Numbered from the stretch's first letter, positions 16,649 through 26,471 are shown. The stretch: 64,000 nt of DNA from Acidimicrobiales bacterium (GCA_038210245.1 JBBQWW010000009.1:2037-66036); one strand, 5' to 3'. Numbers and translations are program-made. Notes: generated by a model from the letters alone, not told the origin.

Positions 16649-17869
16649 ATGTCGGAAGGCCTTCCGCAGTCTTCGCCGCCGTCGGTGCCTCTTCGGCGCG
16701 ACCGGGGGTCGGAGATCAGCATCACGGGCGTGGGTGCGGTTACCGGCTACGGGTGGGGACGGAAGCACATGTGGGACGGGTTCCTCCTCGGCGAGAGCGC
16801 GGTGAAGCTGGTCTCCGGGTTGGGCGACTTCGTAGCCGGAGGCGAGGCCTACCTGTCGCTCATCAACGACGAGGGCGACCGACGTGACGGGCCGAGCCGG
16901 TTCATGCAGGCGTTCCGGTTCGCCGCACGCGAGGCCATCATCGATGCCACCGAACGAGGATGGGAACCGGGTCCCGTGGTCGGGGTGGTCCACAGCCTCG
17001 AAAAGGGCGACATGGACATGTGGAGCGACTTCTACCAGCACCCCGAGGTCAGGGTCAGGGCCAAGACCTGGGTGAACATGATGCCGTCCACCGTCATCAC
17101 GCAGATGATGAAGGAACACGACTTCCACGGTCCGGCCATGTCGGTCTCAGCCATGTGCGCCAGCGCCAACGCCGGCATGATCACGGCCAAGTCGTGGATC
17201 GACTCGGGGATCGCCACCGATGTAATCCTGTTGGCGACAGACCTGTCCGGTCTGCCCCAGAACCTCCGTCCGTTCAAGGATCTCGGCGTGGCCGTATTCG
17301 ACGCCCCTCCCTTCGACGCCTGTCGCCCCTTCCAGGAGGGCAGCCGCGGCTTCGTCGGCGGTGAAGCGGCCGTGGCCATGGTGCTGTCCAAGCAGCCGAC
17401 CGGCTCCTACGCGTCGGTGCTCGGGGGGGCCATGACGATGGATGCCTACAACTTGGTGGGTGTGGCCCCCGATCTCACCGAGATGACCCGTTGCTTCCGC
17501 CAGGCTCTGGTCAGCGCCGGCATCAGTGCCGAAGAGGTGGCCTACCTCAATGCCCACGCTCCGGGCACCGCGGCCTGCGATGTCGCCGAGGCCCGGATCA
17601 TGGATGAGCTCTTTCCTAACGCCCACGGCGTCTACTCGGTAAAGCCCCTGGTCGGCCACTGCCAGTCGGCCGCGGCGGGCGTGGAGACCCTGGCCACGCT
17701 GTACGCGTACCAAACCGGCTACATCCCGGCCCCTCCCCGGGTGGCCCCTGGTCACCCCAAGCTGGTCGATGGACGAACTCCCAGCGTGCCGGGGGTAACG
17801 CTCAAGTCCTCGATCGGAATGGGCGGTTACAACACCGTCGTGGTGATGGCCGAACCCGACTACGCCTGA
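16649..17869 (+). CDS. Beta-ketoacyl synthase family protein (orphan, divergent KAS I/II-like)
   Basis: ATG at 16649 is preceded by AAGAGGAG. A Cys-His-His triad is inferable (AMCASANAG, NAHAPGT, VGHCQSAAAG). No ACP or other fab/pks genes are adjacent. Confidence 0.8.
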   Translation: MSEGLPQSSPPSVPLRRDRGSEISITGVGAVTGYGWGRKHMWDGFLLGESAVKLVSGLGDFVAGGEAYLSLINDEGDRRDGPSRFMQAFRFAAREAIIDATERGWEPGPVVGVVHSLEKGDMDMWSDFYQHPEVRVRAKTWVNMMPSTVITQMMKEHDFHGPAMSVSAMCASANAGMITAKSWIDSGIATDVILLATDLSGLPQNLRPFKDLGVAVFDAPPFDACRPFQEGSRGFVGGEAAVAMVLSKQPTGSYASVLGGAMTMDAYNLVGVAPDLTEMTRCFRQALVSAGISAEEVAYLNAHAPGTAACDVAEARIMDELFPNAHGVYSVKPLVGHCQSAAAGVETLATLYAYQTGYIPAPPRVAPGHPKLVDGRTPSVPGVTLKSSIGMGGYNTVVVMAEPDYA

Positions 17870-17972
17870 CCCGTTCGGCCGCAATGTGGCTCGTCGGCCC
17901 CGGCGGAGCGACGCGTGGCTGGCCGAGGCCGCATCCACTCGCCGCAGTCCGTACCTAAAGCCGGACAGGTAA

Positions 17973-20900
17973 ATGCCGATACAAGGGTCTATGGCTAGAA
18001 CGAGCAGCTTTGGTGATCGGCGCTCAAAACTCTCGTTCGATCGAGTAGAGCAGGGTGATTCGGACTTCTCTGACCGCACCCTCGAGATCCCGGCCGAGAT
18101 CGACCTGGCCGCCAAGCAGTTCCGGTCGGTCACCTGGGTCTACGACACCGTCCACGACACCGTGATCTGGTCGCGACCCATCGAGGAGCTGTTCGGGTTC
18201 TCCGAGGGAGTCTCGGGATTCACCATCCTCTACGACCAGCCCCAGCTCGTCGACGCCTCCGCTCCGCTCCACGAGCCCTTCGGCACCGGCGCCTGGTCCA
18301 CCGACCCCATCCAGTTCGCCAGCAGTGACGACCTGGCCACCGCGCTTCTAGCCCCGGTCCTGGCCCCGATCCGGGCCGGTGCGCCTCTGGTCGACATGGA
18401 TCTCCGCATCACCGTGTCTTGCCCCGACGCCTCTGAACACCACCTGGTCGTCCGGGCCTCGTACATGAGCCGGCCGGATGCCCCAGATGACCGCACCGAC
18501 TCGTTCTATGCCGGGGTGGTGGTGGACATCACCGCCCAAGGCCGCTTCGAGCAGGAACTCAGCGAGATGGTCGACCGATACCGGCTGCTCACTGAGGTCT
18601 CGCCCGACGTCGTCTTCGTGCACCAGAACGGCCTCCTCGTCTACGGCAACCGTGCCGCCGCCCGTCTGATGGGTGCCGGGTCTACCGAGGAGGAGTACCG
18701 CCAGACAGTGGCCGAGCACTACGGCCGGCCGGTGACCGACTTCATGCACCCGGCCGACATCCCCGACCTCGTCGACCGCCTGGCCCAGCTGACCGAACAC
18801 GGACAGTTCTTCGAGCATGGTGAAGTCCGCTCGGTGACGCCCAGCGGTGAGGTGGCGTGGATGGAAACCACCAGCATCCGGACCACCTGGGGTGGAGCGC
18901 CCGCCTACCAGGTCATCGCCAGGGACATCTCCGAACGTCGAGCGGCCGAGGCGGCAGACCGGTACCGGGCCAGCCTGGTGGCCCACGTCTCCGACGCCAT
19001 CATCGGCATCGACGCCGAGGGGAAGATCGAGAGCTGGAACGAGGCCGCCCGCACCCTCTACGGCTGGACTGAAGAGGAAGTGTCGGGCCTGTCCATCGCC
19101 GCCGTGGTCACGGCCAACCGCACCGACAGCGCCGCCGTGCTGGAGCGGGGCCAACGCTCCCACCATCGCAAGGACGGGTCCGAGGTCGAGGTGCTCGTCT
19201 CCATCGACCCCCTGATCGACGACGACACCCAGCCCTCGGGCTGGGTGGTGGTGTGCACCGAACTGACCGACGCCCGTCAGGCCGAGGCTGGCCGCCGGGC
19301 CGCTGAGGAGCGGTACGAGGCCGTGGTGGCCTCCCTCAGCGAGGGGATCGTACTATTCGACGAGCACGGCACCGTCTCGGCCCACAACGAGGCCGCCGCC
19401 CGCATCCTCGGGGACCGCCTCGACTCGGGCTCCAGCCACCAGATCTTCACCGGGTCGTCCATCGCCATCGAGGCCAACGGACACCCGATGTCGGCCGCCT
19501 CCTTCCCGCACGCCGTCACCCTGGCCACCGGCGTGTCCCAGGACGACCTGATCATCGGCGTGACCGACGGCAGCGGTCGGCGCCAGTGGCTGTCACTCAG
19601 CTCGCGACTGCTCTCCGGTGCCGGGCAGAACGAGTCCCCCATGGTGGTGTGCTCGTTCACCGACGTCACCGACCGGAAGGCCGCCGAGGCCCAGCTGCAC
19701 TGGCTGGCCTACCACGACTCGCTCACCGGTCTGGGCAACCGCTCCCTGTTCAACGACGAGTTGGAGCGGGAGCTGCTGGTGTCCATGCAGCGCGGCACCA
19801 ACCTGGCCGTCCTCTTCATCGACCTCGACCGGTTCAAGTTGGTCAACGACTCGTTCGGTCACGCCAGCGGCGATGAGGTCCTGCTGGCCCTGGCCCAGCG
19901 GTTCAAGTCGGCGGTCCGCGGGGGCGATGTGGTGAGCCGCTTCTCCGGTGACGAGTTCGTGGTGCTGTGCCGGAATGTCCACGACGTCGATGTGGCCATC
20001 TCTCTGGCCACCGAGTACTCCCGCCTGCTGTCCGACCCGGTGCAGCTGTCCACCGGGCGGAACGTGGTCGTCACCTGCAGCGTGGGCATCGCCTTCGTCA
20101 TGCGGGGCCGTCAGTCGGCCCAGGACATCCTGCAGCAGGCCGATGTGGCCATGTTCCAGGCCAAGAACAAGGGCCGGTCGCGTGTCGAGGTGTTCGACGA
20201 GTCCCTGCGGGCCAAGTCCGTGGCCCGGCTCGAGATCTACGACGACCTGCGCCACTCCATCGACCACGACGAACTGGCCGTGCACTATCAGCCCATCGCC
20301 TCGGTCAAGGACGACCGCATCGTGGCCATGGAGGCCCTGGTCCGTTGGCACCACCCGTCACGGGGGCTGCTCGGACCGATGGAGTTCATCCCCTTCGCCG
20401 AAGAGACCGACCTGATCTTCTCGCTCGGCCGCTGGGTGCTGCGCGAGGCGTGCCAGACCATGGCCCGCTGGCGCCGTGAGCTCCCTGGGGCCGAGGATGC
20501 CTACATCACCGTGAACCTCTCGGCCCACCAGCTGAGTGACACCGAGCTGCTGGACACCATCGAGTCGGCCCTGGCCGACTCAGGCCTTCCTCCCGAAGCC
20601 CTGGTGATGGAGGTCACGGAGAGCATGCTGATGAGCGACACCTCGGCGTCGATCGCCATGTTGGGCGGCATCCACGAGATGGGTGTGGGCCTGGCCATCG
20701 ACGACTTCGGCACCGGGTACTCGTCCCTGGCTCAGCTCAAGCGGTTCCCGGTCAAGATCCTGAAGATCGACAAGTCATTCGTCGACGGACTCGGGGCCTT
20801 CGAGAATGACGAGGCCATCGTGGCCGCCATCGTCCAGCTGTCCAAGGCCCTCGGCCTGGTCGTGCTGGCCGAGGGGGTGGAGCGACCCGTGCAGCTGCAA

Positions 20901-21092
20901 CGGGTGGCCGAGCTGGGCTGCGACCTCTACCAGGGGTATCTGATGTCCCGACCCACCCGGGCCGACAGTGTCGACTTCAACAAGCATGTGAGTTGGAGCG
21001 AGGACGACGAGATCGAGGCCACGGCCACGGTCGCCGAGACGACCAGTGGCACCGAGTCGCACGCCACCGAGTCGCAGGCCGAGTCGGCGTAG
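17973..21092 (+). CDS. Multi-PAS GGDEF-EAL c-di-GMP signalling protein
   Basis: About 1039 aa. Repeated PAS-like modules. The GGDEF domain shows HDSLTGLGNR, an RGGD I-site and an SGDEF variant motif. The EAL domain shows EALVRWHHP, EVTES, DDFGTGYSS, KIDKSF, EGVE and QGYLMSRP. Start is either 17973 or the ATG at 17991. Confidence 0.9.
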   Translation: MPIQGSMARTSSFGDRRSKLSFDRVEQGDSDFSDRTLEIPAEIDLAAKQFRSVTWVYDTVHDTVIWSRPIEELFGFSEGVSGFTILYDQPQLVDASAPLHEPFGTGAWSTDPIQFASSDDLATALLAPVLAPIRAGAPLVDMDLRITVSCPDASEHHLVVRASYMSRPDAPDDRTDSFYAGVVVDITAQGRFEQELSEMVDRYRLLTEVSPDVVFVHQNGLLVYGNRAAARLMGAGSTEEEYRQTVAEHYGRPVTDFMHPADIPDLVDRLAQLTEHGQFFEHGEVRSVTPSGEVAWMETTSIRTTWGGAPAYQVIARDISERRAAEAADRYRASLVAHVSDAIIGIDAEGKIESWNEAARTLYGWTEEEVSGLSIAAVVTANRTDSAAVLERGQRSHHRKDGSEVEVLVSIDPLIDDDTQPSGWVVVCTELTDARQAEAGRRAAEERYEAVVASLSEGIVLFDEHGTVSAHNEAAARILGDRLDSGSSHQIFTGSSIAIEANGHPMSAASFPHAVTLATGVSQDDLIIGVTDGSGRRQWLSLSSRLLSGAGQNESPMVVCSFTDVTDRKAAEAQLHWLAYHDSLTGLGNRSLFNDELERELLVSMQRGTNLAVLFIDLDRFKLVNDSFGHASGDEVLLALAQRFKSAVRGGDVVSRFSGDEFVVLCRNVHDVDVAISLATEYSRLLSDPVQLSTGRNVVVTCSVGIAFVMRGRQSAQDILQQADVAMFQAKNKGRSRVEVFDESLRAKSVARLEIYDDLRHSIDHDELAVHYQPIASVKDDRIVAMEALVRWHHPSRGLLGPMEFIPFAEETDLIFSLGRWVLREACQTMARWRRELPGAEDAYITVNLSAHQLSDTELLDTIESALADSGLPPEALVMEVTESMLMSDTSASIAMLGGIHEMGVGLAIDDFGTGYSSLAQLKRFPVKILKIDKSFVDGLGAFENDEAIVAAIVQLSKALGLVVLAEGVERPVQLQRVAELGCDLYQGYLMSRPTRADSVDFNKHVSWSEDDEIEATATVAETTSGTESHATESQAESA

Positions 21093-21117
21093 ATCCGGCC
21101 GCTCCGGAAGCCGTCGA

Positions 21118-22323
21118 CTACCCCAGCCGTTCGATGATGGTGGCGTTGGCCTGGCCACCGCCTTCGCACATGGTCTGGAGTCCGTAGCGGGCTCCGGTGC
21201 GCTCCATCTCGTTGAGCAGTGTGGACAGCAGGCGGGCCCCCGAGCCTCCGGTGGGATGGCCGATGGCGATGGCCCCTCCGTTGACATTGACCTTGTCCAT
21301 GTCCGGGTGGTGCTCCTTCTCCCAGGCCAGTACCACGGAGGCGAAGGCCTCGTTGATCTCGACGAGGTCGATGTCGTCCAGGGACAGCTTCGACTTCTCC
21401 AACACCAGGGTGGTGGCCGGGATGGGTGCGGTCAGCATGATGACGGGGTCGTTGGCGGCCACGGCGAAGGTGTGGAACCGGGCACGAGGGGTGAGACCCA
21501 ACTGCCCGGCCCTCTCCTCGGACATGACCAGGACGGCGGCGGCCCCGTCGGAGATCTGCGAAGAGCTGGCCGCGGTGATCAGGCCGTTCTCGATGAACGC
21601 CGGGGGCAGGCTGGCCAGCTTCTCGTAGGTGGAGCCGGCCCGTACCCCTTCGTCGAAGGTCAGGGGACCCTCGTCGGCCGGATCGCCCTCGTCGGTGCCG
21701 GCCACCGCCACCTTGTCCACGATCTGGGCGCGGCGGGTGGCCAGGGGGATGATCTCATTGTCGAACCGCCCCTCGGCGATGGCCCGCGCCGCCCGGTCGT
21801 GGGACTGGAGGGCGTAGCGGTCCATGGCTTCCCGGGTAATCCCCCACCGGCGGGCGATCTCCTCGGCGCTGAGCCCTTGGTGGATGAAGTCGAAGCGGTC
21901 GTGGACGGTGGGTCCGTAGGCCTCTCCGGGTCCATGGTCGGTGGTGGCCCCGATGGGCACCCGACTCATCGACTCCACGCCGCCTCCGATCACGATGTCC
22001 ATCGCACCCGACATCACGGCCTGGGCGGCGAAGTGCACGGCCTGCTGGGCCGACCCGCACTGCCGGTCCACGGTGGTGCCGGGCACGGTGTCGGGGAAGC
22101 CGGCGGCCAGAGCGGCGTTGCGCCCGATGTTCATGGCCTGCTCGCCCACCGTCATGGTGCACCCGTAGATGACGTCCTCCACCTGGGCCGGATCGAGACC
22201 GTTCCGCTCCACCAGGGCCCGGAGGGGCTGAGCGGCCAGATCCACCGCGTGCCACCCGGACAGGCGACCGTTCTTCCTCCCCACCGGGGTCCGGACGACG
22301 TCGACGATCACAGCGTTGGGCAT
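21118..22323 (-). CDS. Acetyl-CoA C-acyltransferase (thiolase, FadA-like)
   Basis: 401 aa. Active-site Cys context VDRQCGSAQQA. C-terminal NVNGGAIAIGHPTGGSG and QTMCEGGGQA. Confidence 0.92.
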   Translation of the reverse strand: MPNAVIVDVVRTPVGRKNGRLSGWHAVDLAAQPLRALVERNGLDPAQVEDVIYGCTMTVGEQAMNIGRNAALAAGFPDTVPGTTVDRQCGSAQQAVHFAAQAVMSGAMDIVIGGGVESMSRVPIGATTDHGPGEAYGPTVHDRFDFIHQGLSAEEIARRWGITREAMDRYALQSHDRAARAIAEGRFDNEIIPLATRRAQIVDKVAVAGTDEGDPADEGPLTFDEGVRAGSTYEKLASLPPAFIENGLITAASSSQISDGAAAVLVMSEERAGQLGLTPRARFHTFAVAANDPVIMLTAPIPATTLVLEKSKLSLDDIDLVEINEAFASVVLAWEKEHHPDMDKVNVNGGAIAIGHPTGGSGARLLSTLLNEMERTGARYGLQTMCEGGGQANATIIERLG

Positions 22324-22355
22324 GGGTCCATTGTGACCGATAGGCCGTGGTTGCC

Positions 22356-22382
22356 GGAAATCTGGCGGTGTGTCAGATTTCC
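22356..22382. promoter_or_regulatory. Operator-like perfect inverted repeat GGAAATCTG-N9-CAGATTTCC containing the dyad CTGGCGGTGTGTCAG
   Basis: Located in the divergent thiolase/ACAD intergenic region. The 15-bp core is at 22362-22376. Confidence 0.55.
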
Positions 22383-22459
22383 CCTACCCTTGCCCCCGGC
22401 CCCAACCGGCCCAGCACCAGCCCAGCCCGAAACCGATGGACCCCACCATGGACACTCCG

Positions 22460-23626
22460 ATGGACCTGCGCTTCACCGCCGCCCATGAGGCCTTCCGGGC
22501 CGAGGCGCGCTCATGGCTGGCCGACCACGTCCCGCCGCCCCGGTCGCTGCCCTCCCTCGACACCGCCGAGGGGTTCGAGGCCCACCGGGCCTGGGAGCAG
22601 ACCATGTTCGAGGACCGGTGGTCGGTGGTGTCGTGGCCCGAGGCGTTCGGTGGCCGGGGCGTGGGCATCCTCGAGTGGCTCATCTTCGAGGAGGAGTACT
22701 GGCGGGCGGAGGCCCCCCTTCGGGTCAGTCAGAACGGCGTGTTCCTGCTGGCCCCCACCATGTTCGAGTTCGGCACCCCCTCCCAGCAGGAGCGCTACCT
22801 GCCGGCCATGGCCTCGGCCCGCCAGATCTGGTGCCAGGGCTGGTCCGAGCCCGACGCCGGATCGGACCTGGCCGGCATCCGCAGCCGGGCGGTTCGGGCC
22901 CCGGGCGACGACGGCTGGCTACTGACCGGCCAAAAGACCTGGGCCTCTCGCGGGGCCTTCGCCGAATGGTGCTTCGGACTGTTCCGCACCGATCCGGAGG
23001 CCGAGCGCCACCGAGGGCTCACCTACTTCCTCGTGGACATGAGCACCCCCGGGGTCACCGTGCGGCCCATTCCCCAGATCGACGGGGAGACCGGCTTCGC
23101 CGAGCTGTTCTTCGAGGAGGTCTTCGTCCCCGACGACCAGGTACTCGGGGGCGTGGGCCAGGGTTGGAGCGTGGCCATGGCCACGGCCGGCTCGGAACGG
23201 GGGCTCAGCCTGCGGAGCCCAGCCCGGTACAGCGAGGCCGCCGGTCGGCTGGTGGCGCTCTACGGCGACAAGCTGGCCGAGGACCCGGTGCGGGCCTCCC
23301 GCACCGCCGATGCCGTGGCCCAGGCCTGGATGGACGCTGAGGCCTACCGGCTCAACACGCTGTGGACGGCCACCCGGGTCCTCGGCGGCGGTTCGGTCGG
23401 GCCCGAGGCCAGCGCCAACAAGATCCACTGGTCGGAGACCGACCTGGCCATCCACCGGGCCGCCCTGGCCCTGCTGGGCCCCGAAGCCGAGTGGCACGGC
23501 GACGGCGTGGACGCCCCCTGGCTCGACGGGTACCTCTTTGCCCTGGCCGGCCCGATCTATGCCGGGACCAACGAGATCCAACGCAACGTGGTGGCCGAGC
23601 GCATGCTCGGGCTGCCCCGGGCCTGA
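22460..23626 (+). CDS. Acyl-CoA dehydrogenase (long subunit of a pair)
   Basis: Start chosen at MDLRFTAAHEAFRAEARSWL, parallel to the paralogue at 30277 (MDLRYTDAEQAF). Motifs WCQGWSEPDAGSD and YAGTNEIQRNVVAERMLGLP are present. Confidence 0.88.
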   Translation: MDLRFTAAHEAFRAEARSWLADHVPPPRSLPSLDTAEGFEAHRAWEQTMFEDRWSVVSWPEAFGGRGVGILEWLIFEEEYWRAEAPLRVSQNGVFLLAPTMFEFGTPSQQERYLPAMASARQIWCQGWSEPDAGSDLAGIRSRAVRAPGDDGWLLTGQKTWASRGAFAEWCFGLFRTDPEAERHRGLTYFLVDMSTPGVTVRPIPQIDGETGFAELFFEEVFVPDDQVLGGVGQGWSVAMATAGSERGLSLRSPARYSEAAGRLVALYGDKLAEDPVRASRTADAVAQAWMDAEAYRLNTLWTATRVLGGGSVGPEASANKIHWSETDLAIHRAALALLGPEAEWHGDGVDAPWLDGYLFALAGPIYAGTNEIQRNVVAERMLGLPRA

Positions 23627-23645
23627 GCGGGACGGATCGGGCACG

Positions 23646-24686
23646 GTGCACTTCGCCTTCTCCGAACAGCAGACCGAGTTCCGTGACGCCGTGCGCCAGG
23701 TGCTGGCCAAGGAGTGCACCACCGGCCATCTCCGGGCCGCCTTCGAGCATCCAGAGGCCCGGGGCCCGAGGTGGAGCACCCTCACCGAGCTGGGCGTGGT
23801 CCCCCTGACCGTCCCGGAAGCCCAGGGCGGCCTCGGCCTCGGCCTGGTGGACCTCGTCCTGGTGTTGGAGGAGGCCGGTCAGGTGGCCCTCCCCGAGCCG
23901 TTGCTCGAGACCACCGCCCTGGTCGCGCCACTCCTGGCTGGGTTGGACGCCGGTGCCGGCACCGGCAGTTTGGAGGCCCTGGCGGCCGGCCGGGTGGCGG
24001 CGGCCGTGGCCCCGACCTCGGCGGCACAGGCCCCGGTGCCCGGTGCGGACGGGGCCGACCTGTTGGTCCTCGCCACCGGAACCGAGGCCGACGGGAACCT
24101 CGAACTCCACCTGGTGGACGCGGCCTCCACGACCGTCGACCCGGTCTCCTCCCTCGACCCCACCCGGCGCCTCGGGATCCCCCGGTGGACTCCCACGCCG
24201 GCCACCCGGGTGGCGTCCGGACCGGCGGCGGCCCGGGCCATGGCCGTCACCGCCGACCGGGCAGCCACCGCCACCGCCGCCGAGCTGCTCGGTCTGACCG
24301 GGCGGATGATCACCATGACCGCCGAGTACGCCAGGGAGCGCCAGCAGTTCGGGAAGCCCATCGGCAGCTTTCAGGCCGTGAAGCACCTCTTGGCCGGTGC
24401 CCAGGTGCGGTTGGAGTTCGCCCGGCCCGTGGTCTACGGCGCAGCGTGGGCCCTCGACAATGGCACCCGGGACTCGTCGCGCGCCGCCTCGGTGGCCAAG
24501 GCCTACGCCTCCGATGCCGCCACCGAGGCCGCCCGGGTGTCCCTGCAGGTGCACGGAGCCATCGGCTACACCTGGGAGTGCGACCTGCAGCTCTTCTTGA
24601 AGCGGGCGTGGGCGTTGGCCGAGGCGTGGGGCTCGGCCGCCGACCACCGCGCCCGGGTGCTCGACAGCCTGGTCACCGGAAGCTGA
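23646..24686 (+). CDS. Acyl-CoA dehydrogenase family protein (short subunit of a pair)
   Basis: GTG start, VHFAFSEQQTEFRDAV.... C-terminal ACAD block QFGKPIGSFQAVKHLLA...GAIGYTWE. Confidence 0.85.
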   Translation: MHFAFSEQQTEFRDAVRQVLAKECTTGHLRAAFEHPEARGPRWSTLTELGVVPLTVPEAQGGLGLGLVDLVLVLEEAGQVALPEPLLETTALVAPLLAGLDAGAGTGSLEALAAGRVAAAVAPTSAAQAPVPGADGADLLVLATGTEADGNLELHLVDAASTTVDPVSSLDPTRRLGIPRWTPTPATRVASGPAAARAMAVTADRAATATAAELLGLTGRMITMTAEYARERQQFGKPIGSFQAVKHLLAGAQVRLEFARPVVYGAAWALDNGTRDSSRAASVAKAYASDAATEAARVSLQVHGAIGYTWECDLQLFLKRAWALAEAWGSAADHRARVLDSLVTGS

Positions 24687-24738
24687 GCCCGGGCCGGCGA
24701 CCGGTCAGCGTGCCCAGGGCCGGACCCGGGGCCGGACG

Positions 24739-26259
24739 TCAGGGCCGGGCGAAGGCGTAGATGGGCACCCCGTTGTAGGACACCGACTGCGACGGCAGGT
24801 ACGGACCGTTCACCACCACGGCCAGCGACCCGGACGGAGCCGGGCCGGCATCGCCCTCGATGGTCACCACGGCCCCGTCCGGCCACACCTGGACGACCAG
24901 GCCCACATGGACCGAGGTGGCCGTGGAGTAGGGACTGGTCCCGTAGAGGACGGCATCGCCCGGCTGCGGCACGGCCGTCGGGGGCAGCACGGCGGTGTGG
25001 GCCGCGGCCCAGTGGTAGATGTTCCCGGTGAACGGATACGACGGGATAGGCACGCCGGCGTGCTGCCACACCCAGGTGGCGAACAGGGCACACCATTCCT
25101 CGCACGGACCGTAGGGGTTGCAGAACCGACCCCGCACCGGGTCGCTGTTGACCTGGCTGTTGGCCACCGACACGATGGCCGAGGTGGTGGCGATCGGCGC
25201 CGGGCTGGGTGGGTTGGTGAATCCGTAGGACCAGCCGTCCGGCTCCAGCAGCCAGTAGCCCTGACCGTCGGGTGACAGGGCGATCTCGGCGATGGGGGGC
25301 ACATTGGTCGGGTCGCCCCCGTACCCCCCGGCCAGGGACCCGTAGAAGCCCGCCGACCCGAAGTGGAACACCTCACCGTCGGTGGCCACCATCAGGTAGC
25401 CGTTGTCGTTGCGGGTGGCCACCATGTCGACCACCGGATCGTTGAGTACGGCGCCGCCCATCGAGCCGTAGAAGGTGGCGTTCCCGAACGTGAAGATTCC
25501 GCCGTCGGCCGCCACCATCCAGTAGCCGTGACCGGTGGACGTGGCCGCCATGCCGGTGACCGGCTGGTTGAGCCGGACGCCACCCTCGGAGCCCAAGAAG
25601 GTGGCGTCTCCGAACGTGAAGATCCCGCCGTCCTGGGCCACCAGCCAGTAGCCCTTGCCGTCGGGGGTGGCGGCCATGCCCACCACCGGCTGATTGAGGT
25701 GGCTCCCCCCCATGGACCCGTAGAAGGCGGCGTCCCCGAACGAGAAGATGCCGCCATCCAGGGCCACCAGCCAGTAGCCCTTGCCGTCGGGCGTGGCCGC
25801 CATGCCCACCACCGGTGCGTTCAGATGGAGGGCGCCGGTGGAGCCGTAGAAGGCAGCGCTCCCCTCGGCGAACACCCCGCCGTCGGCGGCGGCCAGCCAG
25901 TAGCCCTGCTGGCCGGCGGTGGCGGCCGGGTCGACGGCCATGGCCACCATCACCGAGCTCAGCGACGAGCCCAGGGGGGCGTTGATCGACTGGGCGTCCC
26001 CGAACCCGATGACCCCGCCGCCCGGGTAGACGTGAGGAGCGATCTGGGCCTCAGCGGCACCCGATGCCGGGCCGATCGGCACCAGGACGGCCATGGCGAT
26101 CAGTGCCGTGCCCAGTACCCCGGCTGCGGCTAGGAGCGGCCGTTGCCGCCGGCGGAGGTTGGAGGAAGGGCCGTCAGACCGTGTGGGCGCCGGTCGAGCG
26201 GCTGAAAAACCACGCTCCGTCGCTTTCGGTGAGCCACGGCCCCATCGCTCCCTGCGCAC
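24739..26259 (-). CDS. Secreted 42-aa-repeat (propeller-like) protein with a C-terminal CHAP/NlpC-P60-like amidase domain
   Basis: 506 aa. N-terminus is RRRQRPLLAAAGVLGTALIAMAVLV. Repeats are of the form DGGIFSFGDAAFYGSMGGSHLNQPVVGMAATPDGKGYWLVA. The C-terminus carries GPCEEWCALFATWVWQHAG...GDAVLYG...HVGLVVQV (Cys/His). Start codon is uncertain. Confidence 0.85.
   Translation of the reverse strand: MRRERWGRGSPKATERGFSAARPAPTRSDGPSSNLRRRQRPLLAAAGVLGTALIAMAVLVPIGPASGAAEAQIAPHVYPGGGVIGFGDAQSINAPLGSSLSSVMVAMAVDPAATAGQQGYWLAAADGGVFAEGSAAFYGSTGALHLNAPVVGMAATPDGKGYWLVALDGGIFSFGDAAFYGSMGGSHLNQPVVGMAATPDGKGYWLVAQDGGIFTFGDATFLGSEGGVRLNQPVTGMAATSTGHGYWMVAADGGIFTFGNATFYGSMGGAVLNDPVVDMVATRNDNGYLMVATDGEVFHFGSAGFYGSLAGGYGGDPTNVPPIAEIALSPDGQGYWLLEPDGWSYGFTNPPSPAPIATTSAIVSVANSQVNSDPVRGRFCNPYGPCEEWCALFATWVWQHAGVPIPSYPFTGNIYHWAAAHTAVLPPTAVPQPGDAVLYGTSPYSTATSVHVGLVVQVWPDGAVVTIEGDAGPAPSGSLAVVVNGPYLPSQSVSYNGVPIYAFARP
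25216..26022 (-). repeat. Protein-level repeat region (about 6 units of 41-45 aa), diverged at DNA level
   Basis: Same repeat family as 4560-5290, but much less nucleotide identity between units. Confidence 0.7.
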
Positions 26260-26471
26260 CCAGCCATGCTACGCAACCCCGATCACGAGGGGAAGCACCC
26301 CCACCCCGCGCCACGATCTCCAAGGGTTCTCCCAGTTAAACGCGGGTGCCTGGGCCCGGTTCCGGTGATGACCCCCTTCCCGGGCGGCCGCCCAGTGTCC
26401 TCCGGCCCGACCCACCGGTCCCTCCCGCCACCGATCCGTAACAAATCTCCCGGTGCGAGAAAACCATGCTG

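Noticed and set aside
16414-16725. 103-aa minus-strand ORF in the AT-rich spacer, overlapping the ketosynthase start
   Set aside because: It has no motif, overlaps the RBS and start of the plus-strand KAS gene, and its composition is atypical for coding sequence here.
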